A stretch of DNA of 64,000 bases from an uncultured Candidatus Saccharibacteria bacterium (GTDB lineage Bacteria; Patescibacteriota; 4484-211; JAGQKX01). A program made the position numbers and the translations under genes. Positions within the stretch are counted from its first letter, which is position 1, and each line of letters begins with the position of its first letter. Below the pieces are notes generated by a model that did no database searches, was not told the origin of the DNA, and saw nothing but the letters and a program-made list of their open reading frames with translations. Where the stretch lies: positions 139,637 through 203,636 of the forward strand of contig CAYMOT010000002.1 in assembly GCA_964392315.1 (NCBI GenBank). Direction: 5' to 3'. This document shows positions 55,828-64,000 of this stretch, piece after piece.

Positions 55828-56585
55828 GCTGCATTTACTCCCACTCCCCTCTTTAACTTTACCTCACTGAGCAAATTATCTTTTGCTTTGCCCTCTAGAA
55901 TATCGGTTACTTTGCCGTCCATGATGCGAATCACTGATTTTGCAAATCGTACATATTCCAAGTCGTGAGTTACCATTACGATAGTTCTTTTTTCCTGGGT
56001 ATTTAGATCCTGCAGGATTTGCATGACCGTCTGTCCTGAATTATAGTCAAGGTTACCCGTTGGCTCATCTGCAATAATAATTTCAGGATTATTGATTAAG
56101 GCACGTGCCATCGCGATTCTTTGTTGTTGTCCAGAGGAAAGCTCTGTAGGCTTGTATCCGGCCCAGTCAGTCATTGAAACTTTTTCCAATAGAGCCTGTG
56201 CCTTTTGAATAGATTCATTTTTTTCTCTCCCTAGTAATAATAGCGGAAAAGCGACATTTTCGATGACACTCAGTGATTTAATCCAGTTTGGTTGCTGATA
56301 TACCATACCAACGAGTTGTTTCCTGAGAACTGCACGGTCATCTTCTGTGCGGTATGAATAAATATCTTCACCTACAATACTCACCGTTCCTGAGCTTGGC
56401 TCTTCGAGTCCAAGCATTATATGAAGCAGTGTTGATTTACCTGATCCTGATGGGCCAGATACAATAACAAAGTCTCCATCGTGCACATCAAACGTTACGC
56501 CCTTTAGAATCTGAACATCCTGGTTACCGACTCTAAAAGATTTCTTTACATTCACTACCGATATTATTGTTGATTTTTGCGTCAT
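55824..56585 (-). CDS. ABC transporter ATP-binding protein (MacB/LolD-like)
   Basis: Walker A GPSGSGKST; signature LSSGQQQR; Walker B IIIADEPTGNLD. Overlaps both neighbours by 4 nt. Confidence 0.85.
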   Translation of the reverse strand: MTQKSTIISVVNVKKSFRVGNQDVQILKGVTFDVHDGDFVIVSGPSGSGKSTLLHIMLGLEEPSSGTVSIVGEDIYSYRTEDDRAVLRKQLVGMVYQQPNWIKSLSVIENVAFPLLLLGREKNESIQKAQALLEKVSMTDWAGYKPTELSSGQQQRIAMARALINNPEIIIADEPTGNLDYNSGQTVMQILQDLNTQEKRTIVMVTHDLEYVRFAKSVIRIMDGKVTDILEGKAKDNLLSEVKLKRGVGVNAA

Positions 56586-59500
56586 CTTTGTAAAAATTTA
56601 AATACTTGTTGCAAATTACTAATAACTAAATCAAGCGCATTCGCGGTGGCTTTCGGGGTAATAGCTACCGTATCTATTGAGTAGCCTGCGTTGCCTGCAC
56701 TATCCTCTGAGACCGTGCGCACATGATATACCTTTGATGGGGTGAGGTTAGAGATTGTCACGCTATGGTTTGTAGTTAAGCTTTCGTCTTTTTGAGTCTT
56801 CTGCGCATATGTGGTACCAGTTCCTTCCCCATATTCTATTTGTGAGGTAGACAATTCATCGGTTTCCCAGGTTATGATGATTTGAGCCAGCGGTGTTTGA
56901 TTGTTTGGAAGTTGCTGAATGGTGCTATCTACTTTCAAATTGATTGTTCGGGGTGCGCGTGTATCTGTAGACGTGGTAAACGATTGAGGATCAGATGATG
57001 CTTCGTTCCCATACTGATCAATACCTTTCACCAGAAGAGTATAGGCGGTGTTTGGCAATAGCGCAGTTATAAGCTGCTCATGACCACCTTTTGTCCTCGT
57101 TAAATTAACCTGATCTAATGTAGCTGTAGCATTACCGCTTGGATGGTAGGTGAGCACCGATGTTGTTTCAACATTTGTCTCCCATGAAATAAGCATGCTG
57201 GGTTGAGCGGTACCGCGTACTTCTTGCATTGTTACATTTGTGATGCGTGGTCGGGGTATTGTACTGAATTCAAGAATTGTTCCCTCATACTCAAAATCAT
57301 CGGAGTCAATTGGGTCAATTCGGTAGCTATATTGTGTGCCGTCTTCAAGATTATCGAGTACTACCGTATAGGTTGATTCAAGTATGGATGTCTCAACTTC
57401 TTTTTCAGTACTGAGAGCAATCCCTTTTCCGTAGCGGATGGTAGCACCTTTTGCATTGATGCTGGTGAATTGGACTAATGCGGAAGATAAGGTTGTGTTT
57501 GGAACCGATACTGATTTGACGGTTGGAGCAGGATTTGTTTCGAAGGTTAATTCATCGGAAGCACCTGCATTTCCGTCTTCATCGGTCCATTTTGCGACAA
57601 CAAAATAGCGTGTGCCTGGGGTCAAGTTATTAAGGGTCAGTGTGTGCACTTTTGTTTGTGTGGAATTTGACGGTTCTTCTTCGAAGTAGTCGTTGCTTGC
57701 CAAACCATATTGAATTCGCGTATCTGAGTCACGGTCGGTTGTCCAGGATATGGTTGCTTTACGTGTAGTAATTTCGGTTACTGATGGTTCTGTAACTAAT
57801 AAAGCAGGTTCGGTATAACGTCCATCGGGATACAGGGATACCGGTTGTGTGTCAGCACCGCAGTTATTAGCGTTGTCACACGCTCTGACCTTGTAATAAT
57901 GTGTAGTTTGTTCCAAATTTGTACCGATATAGGCAATACCATTTGTTGAGGATGCCAATTCGTATTCGGAATTGTCTGTGGAAACATACACCTCATATTT
58001 AGCAACGTTTTCATCATTGGATGGAGGTTCCCAAGAAAGTGCAAGTTTCCATGATTCTGTAGTCTTGACTGATACATCAGCAATTTCCACGTTCAATGGT
58101 AACCCGGGAGCAGGAGTGTCAACGGTAAAAACGACCTCAGCTTTCGCTCCATAATTTATGTTTCCTACATTGTCGCGTGCAACAAGATACAAGATGTTCT
58201 CTTGGGGTTGATTGGCGTATGCATCAATTGGTAGTGAAGTCACGCCTGGTGCCGTAAAAGTACAGGTTGCACTAGAGGGCAATGTATTAATGGTGTAGCA
58301 GTAGCGGATTTCATTTTGAGTTCCCGAAAATGTCTCTGGTGGTTCCCAAGTAAATGAAAATGCGTTCTCTTGACTGATACCTGTTGGAGAAACAGAAAGA
58401 TTGCGTGGTGCAGTGGGGGCTTCACCTGCATAATAAAACGAGACTTGTATAGTCGACGCTGACACATTTCCAGCATTGTCTACCGTTCTTAAGAAGAACA
58501 AGTTTGCGTTCTCTTGATACGCTACGTCAGAGAGGGTTATTGACGTATCCGTAATAGTATCCGACCAGTCGCTGAATGTACCGGTCAGTGCTCCTGTCTT
58601 GTATTGATAACCCGCAACCTGAGATCCTACGTCAGAGCCCGCGGTTGACCAGAAGAATGTAAATTCGTTTGTCCCGGAGTAACCAGAAGGAGATACTGAT
58701 AATCCGTCGGGATTTGTTGGGGCTGAGGCATCATACTTATAGATAAATGGATACCAAACGGTGCTCACATTTTGTGCGTTATCTTTCGCTTGGATTCTGA
58801 GGTGATAGGTTGCACCACTCACTAAATTAGACGGTGTGAATGTTGTGCCTGTCTGGAATATGGTATAGGCTGTTTCAGGTGTAGCATTGCTATCGGTCCC
58901 AAAATAGACATAATATCCTGCTATTCCTGAACCTCCCGAATCGGTAGAACCACCAATTGTTTCAGCCGTTGGCCAGGTAAACTGAGGTGAAGGATGCGGA
59001 TACCACGTGTTTGTCGTAATACTGGTGCCACCAGCACCTGACAGTGCGGTTAAAGTAGTAGGTTCTGATGGATCGTCGGTATCAGATGTCGCAGTGATCT
59101 CAACCGATGTAAGTTCTGTCTGTTCTGAACCGTTTCCTGACAAGACGGCTTGCCACATAATTCCACCTCCACTTGCATTAAATGAATCTATTGCATTAGT
59201 TACGGTGGCTGCGTCATTTGATTGCAACGTGGATGCAGATATTTCCCATGAATCACCATCCCAGTAATACCAAGTACTGCCGCTGTTTGCGGATAATCGA
59301 TACGTAATGGTACCTTCGGGGCTGCCAGGTAACGTTTCATTAAAGTCCTCCCAGTTTTTAATATCTTCCATGAAGACTGCCGTGGTAGGTGACACCGTTT
59401 GAGCAGTGGTTGCGTAGGGGGAAGTAGTAAAACTGGATCGTGCAATATTGCTTATTCGTATCTCATCAAGCATTCCGTCAAAATAGTACTGTCCTGTGCC

Positions 59501-62500
59501 AGAACTTGAAATACCTTTTGATAACCCGATAAATAATTCTTGTGTATTGTCAGGTATAGTCAAAGTCTTTGCAGTACTTCCCACATTCGATCCGTCAATA
59601 AATAATTCCATTGTGGTTCCGTCATACCGTGCGGCGACATGGTGCCAATCTGTATTGTGAGTATTGGTTGATGACTGCACATAGCCATTGTTACCATATG
59701 ACCAGACCATTGCATCACTGTTTGCGGTATTTCCGGTACCAACGTATAGTTTTCCTTTATGCACGGTCATTGACTTTATTTCTTCAACAGTCGAATCGAG
59801 CCAGCTCTCATTAATACCATCTCCTCCGATATGCATCCACGATGACCCGTCATATTTCCATACTTCAGCATCTCCTGCGCTTGCACCTAATCCTGCATAG
59901 AGATCACCGTTATAAACTCCTAATGCCCCAACCCATTCATAATTGTTAGCATCAAGCCAGCCTTGATTGTCTGCACCATCGCTATCACCAGCAATTTTTG
60001 TCCATGAAGGTGTGCCGTTACAATCATCACATAGCCATACTTCTGCATCATTGTTAGGTGCACCGCCGCCAGTTGAGCCAAGGCCTGCCACTAACTTATC
60101 ATTCCAAATCGCTAAATCAGGAATATCTTCATAAATAGTATTCCAACTGCTATACAGTCCGCTGCCTCCTACTTGTGTCCAGTTTGTGCCACTTCCACTA
60201 TAACGATATACTCGAGCCTGGTTAGTAGAATTGCCTATGCCAACATATAACGTTTCCTTATGTACAACCATTGATGTAACATTTCTAAAAGGAGTTGCTC
60301 CCCAGTTACCAGATGCAGTACCTCCTATTTGTGTCCATGATGGTGATACCCCGTCGCAACCGGTACATTCCCATACATCAGCATCTCCTGACCCGTTGTT
60401 ACCAGTACCTGCATATAATTTGTCATTAGCTACAGCCAAAGAAGAAACTGTTTCTATGTTGGTACTCCACCCAGCGCCATCACCTCCGACTATAGTCCAA
60501 CCAGGATTGTCGAATCGCCAAACTTCAGCGTCTTGGCTCGTAGTAACACCAAGTCCGACATACAATTTGTTTTTGTAATTAACCATATAAACAACTGATT
60601 CATGTGTGTCGATACCCCAACTACCATTCACTCCTTGACCACCAACAATAGACCAATATCCTGTATTTGGATCCTGTTCCCATACAGTTGCATCTCCAGC
60701 AGTATTCATCCCTGTTCCAATATAAAGTTTTCCTCCGACCGTGGCAGAAGATTCAACAGAGTCGATGTTGTATTGTCCCCAGCTTTTATTTACGTACTTA
60801 CCGCCAATTCGACTGCTTCCCCAGTTTGGGGTGTTGTCACAGGAAGTACATTTCCAAAAATGTCCCTCGGTTGTATTGGTAAGTCCTGCATATACTGTGG
60901 TGTCATCAACGACTAATGTTCGTATACTATTGTGAGTTGCATTCCATGTGTTTGTCCCTGCTTGATTATCTCCACCTACACGATTCCATGAACCGTCATA
61001 CCGATACACCTCGTCATCTCCATTTGCTGAACTACCCGTACCCACATATAAGGTACCCCCATTATTCCTAATACTATAGATTCCTTCCTTATCAATTCCA
61101 AAATGAGTCGCATTACCAATCTGTGTCCATCCAGCGGTATCACTGCATGTAGCTGAGGTATCACAACTCCAGACATTTGCATCAGCATTTGCAGTAATAC
61201 CCGTTCCTACAAACACTGTATTTCCATTAGAGGTTAATGACAGAACATATTCAGCAGACCCCCAGCTTTGTCCTCCCGCACCAGTGCCATCGCCTCCACG
61301 TTTTGTCCAGGTCGCAGACCCTGGTGTTGTACAACTTGCAGTACAATGCCACACTTCTCCATCACCTGCTCCTGATCCTAGACCAACTATGGGATTAGTC
61401 CCAATGATTGCTAACGAATATGCCACTTCAAATCCCGAGCTCCATCCACGTGCAGTACCAGAGAAACCACCAAGTCTGCTTCCGTTCCAGTTAGGGCTTG
61501 TTTCGCAATTAGTACAGACCCATACCTGACCCATATTACCTCCTGTACCTAACCCAGCCCACAAGGTAGTCCCACTTACCGCAAGTGAATACACACCATT
61601 AAACGCGTTACCTGCCCATCCAGAATTAAGTCCGTCTCCCCCGATTTTTGCCCATGATCCTGATTTAAATCGCCATACATCACCATCGTTAGTACCAGTT
61701 CCAAGTCCAGCATAGAGAACATCGGTGCCGTTTGTTGCAAGACTGAGTACTGCTTCATACGCATTTGTACTAATTTCGTTGTTCCAGCTTGAGTTAATAC
61801 CACTACCTGCGATTTGTGTCCAAAGTCCTGAAGAGGTGTTGTATTCCCATACTTCGGCATCATTGGTGCTGCCACCCAAACCTACGTAAATATTCGAACC
61901 CATTTTTACACTCGCAAAAACATTTTGCTTCCCATTCTGTCCCCAACTGCGATTCACTTTTGCAGCATTGTTTGCCAGCATGTCGTACCCTGCTTGTTGA
62001 GTCCAGAGTGTTGAGTTTGCATTCGCAAGCTCGTAGGTAACTTTTCCTGTTTCGTTGTCAAAGTAAAGTTTATAGGATCCTTTATTTACAATGGTTTGAG
62101 GACCTTGGGTGGCACCGGCACTGAAACCAGAATCAAACTTAGCCCATGCTTCAATAGTGTTGGACTGTGTAAGGGAGAGAGCTTCCGAATCAGCTATTTG
62201 TATTTTTGAAGTTGTTCCATCAAAATCACCTGCATTATTTAATGAACCAGTTGTATAGGCTAATCCAGTTTGTGCAGTTGTATGACCATGGGATGATGAA
62301 TCTGTTGGATTTCCTGAGCTTTCATCGAGATGAAGGAGTAATTTTGTATTGGCATCACTGGTGTAATTCCTTACCTTTAACCGTGCACCTGTTCCTGTTA
62401 CTTCGATTTGGTTGGCATCCGATACATTATACTCGCCGGGTGTCGCAAAATCCCAAACTTCGTTCACGTCACCAGCTGCATTAATATCCCCAAAAATGCC

Positions 62501-62614
62501 AATGAGTACTGCATACATTCCTGCAATAGCCCCTACGAAAATCGCAATAATCAGGACGATATCGAGCTCCCATTCGGGCAATGTGACTTTATTTTTCAAG
62601 AAGAATAATTTCAT
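56582..62614 (-). CDS. Giant (2010 aa) N-terminally membrane-anchored surface protein. It has two LamG/concanavalin-like modules, >=14 tandem ~50-aa YxGxG...DAxVW repeats and C-terminal fibronectin-III-like domains.
   Basis: Single intact 6-kb ORF. N-terminal TM IVLIIAIFVGAIAGMYAVLIGIF. Repeats such as KLYVGLGVTTSQDAEVWRF, TLYAGLGTGTNDGDVWRF, KLYAGTGNNGSGDADVWEC. A recurring W-x-C-T-x-C-x-T-P-x-W after alternate repeats. A second LamG-like block (WHHVAARYDGTTMELFIDGS). A Thr/Ser-rich Ig/FN3-like C-terminal third. Confidence 0.8.
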   Translation of the reverse strand: MKLFFLKNKVTLPEWELDIVLIIAIFVGAIAGMYAVLIGIFGDINAAGDVNEVWDFATPGEYNVSDANQIEVTGTGARLKVRNYTSDANTKLLLHLDESSGNPTDSSSHGHTTAQTGLAYTTGSLNNAGDFDGTTSKIQIADSEALSLTQSNTIEAWAKFDSGFSAGATQGPQTIVNKGSYKLYFDNETGKVTYELANANSTLWTQQAGYDMLANNAAKVNRSWGQNGKQNVFASVKMGSNIYVGLGGSTNDAEVWEYNTSSGLWTQIAGSGINSSWNNEISTNAYEAVLSLATNGTDVLYAGLGTGTNDGDVWRFKSGSWAKIGGDGLNSGWAGNAFNGVYSLAVSGTTLWAGLGTGGNMGQVWVCTNCETSPNWNGSRLGGFSGTARGWSSGFEVAYSLAIIGTNPIVGLGSGAGDGEVWHCTASCTTPGSATWTKRGGDGTGAGGQSWGSAEYVLSLTSNGNTVFVGTGITANADANVWSCDTSATCSDTAGWTQIGNATHFGIDKEGIYSIRNNGGTLYVGTGSSANGDDEVYRYDGSWNRVGGDNQAGTNTWNATHNSIRTLVVDDTTVYAGLTNTTEGHFWKCTSCDNTPNWGSSRIGGKYVNKSWGQYNIDSVESSATVGGKLYIGTGMNTAGDATVWEQDPNTGYWSIVGGQGVNGSWGIDTHESVVYMVNYKNKLYVGLGVTTSQDAEVWRFDNPGWTIVGGDGAGWSTNIETVSSLAVANDKLYAGTGNNGSGDADVWECTGCDGVSPSWTQIGGTASGNWGATPFRNVTSMVVHKETLYVGIGNSTNQARVYRYSGSGTNWTQVGGSGLYSSWNTIYEDIPDLAIWNDKLVAGLGSTGGGAPNNDAEVWLCDDCNGTPSWTKIAGDSDGADNQGWLDANNYEWVGALGVYNGDLYAGLGASAGDAEVWKYDGSSWMHIGGDGINESWLDSTVEEIKSMTVHKGKLYVGTGNTANSDAMVWSYGNNGYVQSSTNTHNTDWHHVAARYDGTTMELFIDGSNVGSTAKTLTIPDNTQELFIGLSKGISSSGTGQYYFDGMLDEIRISNIARSSFTTSPYATTAQTVSPTTAVFMEDIKNWEDFNETLPGSPEGTITYRLSANSGSTWYYWDGDSWEISASTLQSNDAATVTNAIDSFNASGGGIMWQAVLSGNGSEQTELTSVEITATSDTDDPSEPTTLTALSGAGGTSITTNTWYPHPSPQFTWPTAETIGGSTDSGGSGIAGYYVYFGTDSNATPETAYTIFQTGTTFTPSNLVSGATYHLRIQAKDNAQNVSTVWYPFIYKYDASAPTNPDGLSVSPSGYSGTNEFTFFWSTAGSDVGSQVAGYQYKTGALTGTFSDWSDTITDTSITLSDVAYQENANLFFLRTVDNAGNVSASTIQVSFYYAGEAPTAPRNLSVSPTGISQENAFSFTWEPPETFSGTQNEIRYCYTINTLPSSATCTFTAPGVTSLPIDAYANQPQENILYLVARDNVGNINYGAKAEVVFTVDTPAPGLPLNVEIADVSVKTTESWKLALSWEPPSNDENVAKYEVYVSTDNSEYELASSTNGIAYIGTNLEQTTHYYKVRACDNANNCGADTQPVSLYPDGRYTEPALLVTEPSVTEITTRKATISWTTDRDSDTRIQYGLASNDYFEEEPSNSTQTKVHTLTLNNLTPGTRYFVVAKWTDEDGNAGASDELTFETNPAPTVKSVSVPNTTLSSALVQFTSINAKGATIRYGKGIALSTEKEVETSILESTYTVVLDNLEDGTQYSYRIDPIDSDDFEYEGTILEFSTIPRPRITNVTMQEVRGTAQPSMLISWETNVETTSVLTYHPSGNATATLDQVNLTRTKGGHEQLITALLPNTAYTLLVKGIDQYGNEASSDPQSFTTSTDTRAPRTINLKVDSTIQQLPNNQTPLAQIIITWETDELSTSQIEYGEGTGTTYAQKTQKDESLTTNHSVTISNLTPSKVYHVRTVSEDSAGNAGYSIDTVAITPKATANALDLVISNLQQVFKFLQR

Positions 62615-62713
62615 TTTATAAATAGGTACATGCGGTAATATTCCTATAATAGCCGCTTATGTACCGAACTTCAACAAGCGGCACCTACTATACTATAGAT
62701 GTATACTTACCAA

Positions 62714-64000
62714 ATGGAAAATACTATTCTTCCCACCGTTCTTGTTATTTTTGGTGCAACCGGTGACCTGATGGCGCGTATGGTTGCTCCCGCACTGCTT
62801 CAATTACTGCAAAAAAACAAACTACCGGAACAATTTAGAATAATCGCGTTTTCTCGAAGAGATTTTGATGATCAGATGTATCGGGAATACTTACTCGAAA
62901 AAATGCACCACATTAAAAGCATACCCGTTGATGTAGATGCATCACCTCTTTTATCCACCATCACGTATCACAAAGGTACATTTGATAGTATCGAAAGCTA
63001 TAGAAATCTCTCATTATCATTGTCTGATAATGACACATTATGGAATATTTGTGCCAATAAACTTTTCTATTTACCTATTCCTCCTGAATATTATCCCGTT
63101 GTTTTGGAGAACTTATCAGCGAGTGGGCTTACTGATCCCTGTGGAATTGATGAAGGCTGGACACGGGTGTTGGTCGAAAAACCCTTTGGGAAGAATCTCG
63201 AATCAGCATTAAAACTTGAGGAACAATTAAAAAGGTTATTTCAGGAAGAGCAAATTTATAGGATTGATCATTATCTTGCCAAAGAGACTGTACAAAACAT
63301 CTTGTCTTTTCGTTTTTCCAATAGAATTTTTGAACCCGCACTCCATAAAGACTATGTTGCAAAAATTCATCTTCGTCTAAATGAAACATTGGGCTTAGAT
63401 GACAGAGGAGATTTTTTCGATGGACTGGGCTCGCTACGTGATGTGGGGGCTAATCATTTATTGCAGGTTGCAGCGTTATTAATGATGGATAAACCACGTG
63501 CGTTTGATGCAGCGGGTATTCGAGAATCAAGAGCAAAGTTTTTGCAATCCATTGTTGAGCCAACCAGGCAATCGATTCCTAAAAATACAAAAAGAGGACA
63601 ATATAAAGGTTATACACAAATAGAAGGAGTATCTCCTCACTCACAAACTGAAACCTACTTCTGTATAGAATTGGCTTCATTACAACAACGATGGCATGGT
63701 GTACCGATTATTCTCGAGGGTGGCAAAAAGCGACCGTTAGAACAAAAAGACGTAACGATATTTTATCAGGCTCCAATACCCAGCTATATCCCACCTGACG
63801 AAACTGACGTACAGGACTTTGTAAGATTTGATCTGACCGATAAAGAAAGGATTGAGTTATCTTTGATGTTTCGTCAGCCGTCGCACGAGACCGCCTTCCA
63901 AAGAAACACCCTCCATTATCATACCTATGGTAATACAGAAAGAAATGAACGCTTGGAAGAATATGAATTTGTACTATTGGACGCTATTAGAGGAGATCAG
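62714..64000 (+). CDS. zwf: Glucose-6-phosphate 1-dehydrogenase, 3'-partial (runs off the window)
   Basis: VLVIFGATGDLMARM NADP motif; RIDHYLAKE (the G6PD 'RIDHYLGKE' signature); no stop before position 64000. Confidence 0.85.
   Translation, partial: MENTILPTVLVIFGATGDLMARMVAPALLQLLQKNKLPEQFRIIAFSRRDFDDQMYREYLLEKMHHIKSIPVDVDASPLLSTITYHKGTFDSIESYRNLSLSLSDNDTLWNICANKLFYLPIPPEYYPVVLENLSASGLTDPCGIDEGWTRVLVEKPFGKNLESALKLEEQLKRLFQEEQIYRIDHYLAKETVQNILSFRFSNRIFEPALHKDYVAKIHLRLNETLGLDDRGDFFDGLGSLRDVGANHLLQVAALLMMDKPRAFDAAGIRESRAKFLQSIVEPTRQSIPKNTKRGQYKGYTQIEGVSPHSQTETYFCIELASLQQRWHGVPIILEGGKKRPLEQKDVTIFYQAPIPSYIPPDETDVQDFVRFDLTDKERIELSLMFRQPSHETAFQRNTLHYHTYGNTERNERLEEYEFVLLDAIRGDQ

Noticed and set aside
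57796-62621. Numerous 60-115-aa ORFs on both strands inside the 6-kb giant gene
   Set aside because: The single 2010-aa frame has coherent repeat and domain structure. The nested ORFs are frame artefacts.
1-64000. CRISPR arrays, cas genes, reverse transcriptase/DGR, integrases, transposases, prophage structural genes
   Set aside because: No run of regularly spaced direct repeats and no protein with RT (YxDD), RuvC/HNH, integrase or transposase motifs was seen on either strand. The GC-rich block has no recognisable mobility gene or flanking direct repeats.

Overview
Reading of the window. It is an AT-rich, gene-dense bacterial window in the standard genetic code (long ORFs are intact, so no UGA reassignment). 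Several starts are preceded by Shine-Dalgarno motifs. The gene content includes a sortase, peptidoglycan/polysaccharide remodelling enzymes, many ABC exporters, a giant surface protein and many small hypothetical proteins. This fits a small-genome Gram-positive-like lineage, possibly CPR/Saccharibacteria-like, but that is inference only. I call about 60 CDS, 5 tRNAs (Arg-TCT x2, Leu-TAG, His-GTG, Gly-TCC), several intrinsic terminators and a recurrent promoter-like motif. There is no CRISPR array, no reverse transcriptase and no integrase or transposase.

The most unusual part is a compositionally foreign, visibly GC-rich block at about 1885-11960. The surrounding sequence is AT-rich. My GC estimates are by eye, not computed. 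The block holds a divergent pair of ~500-aa paralogs of unknown family (shared HHISGTSM / AWSGTSM motif). The pair flanks an AT-rich 703-aa orphan gene and an atypical second tRNA-Arg(TCT). Two translationally coupled two-gene operons of unknown function (181 aa -> 129 aa GNAT-like; 98 aa -> 458 aa) also lie in the block.

Immediately downstream is a ~1.3 kb ORF-free region. It contains a GC-rich, helix-rich ~500-nt segment bracketed by a promoter-like motif and an intrinsic terminator, just upstream of tRNA-Leu. I read this as a candidate large structured ncRNA of unknown class.

Other notable items:
- a MacB/FtsX-type ABC transporter translationally coupled to a 2010-aa repeat-rich surface protein;
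- a guanylate-kinase-like::MsrB fusion;
- an ATP-cone::restriction-endonuclease-fold protein;
- HhH-GPD glycosylases that lack the Fe-S cysteine cluster;
- an alkyltransferase-like MGMT domain without the catalytic Cys;
- near-identical GCCTGCC/GGCAGGC hairpins just upstream of the 5' ends of two tRNAs.
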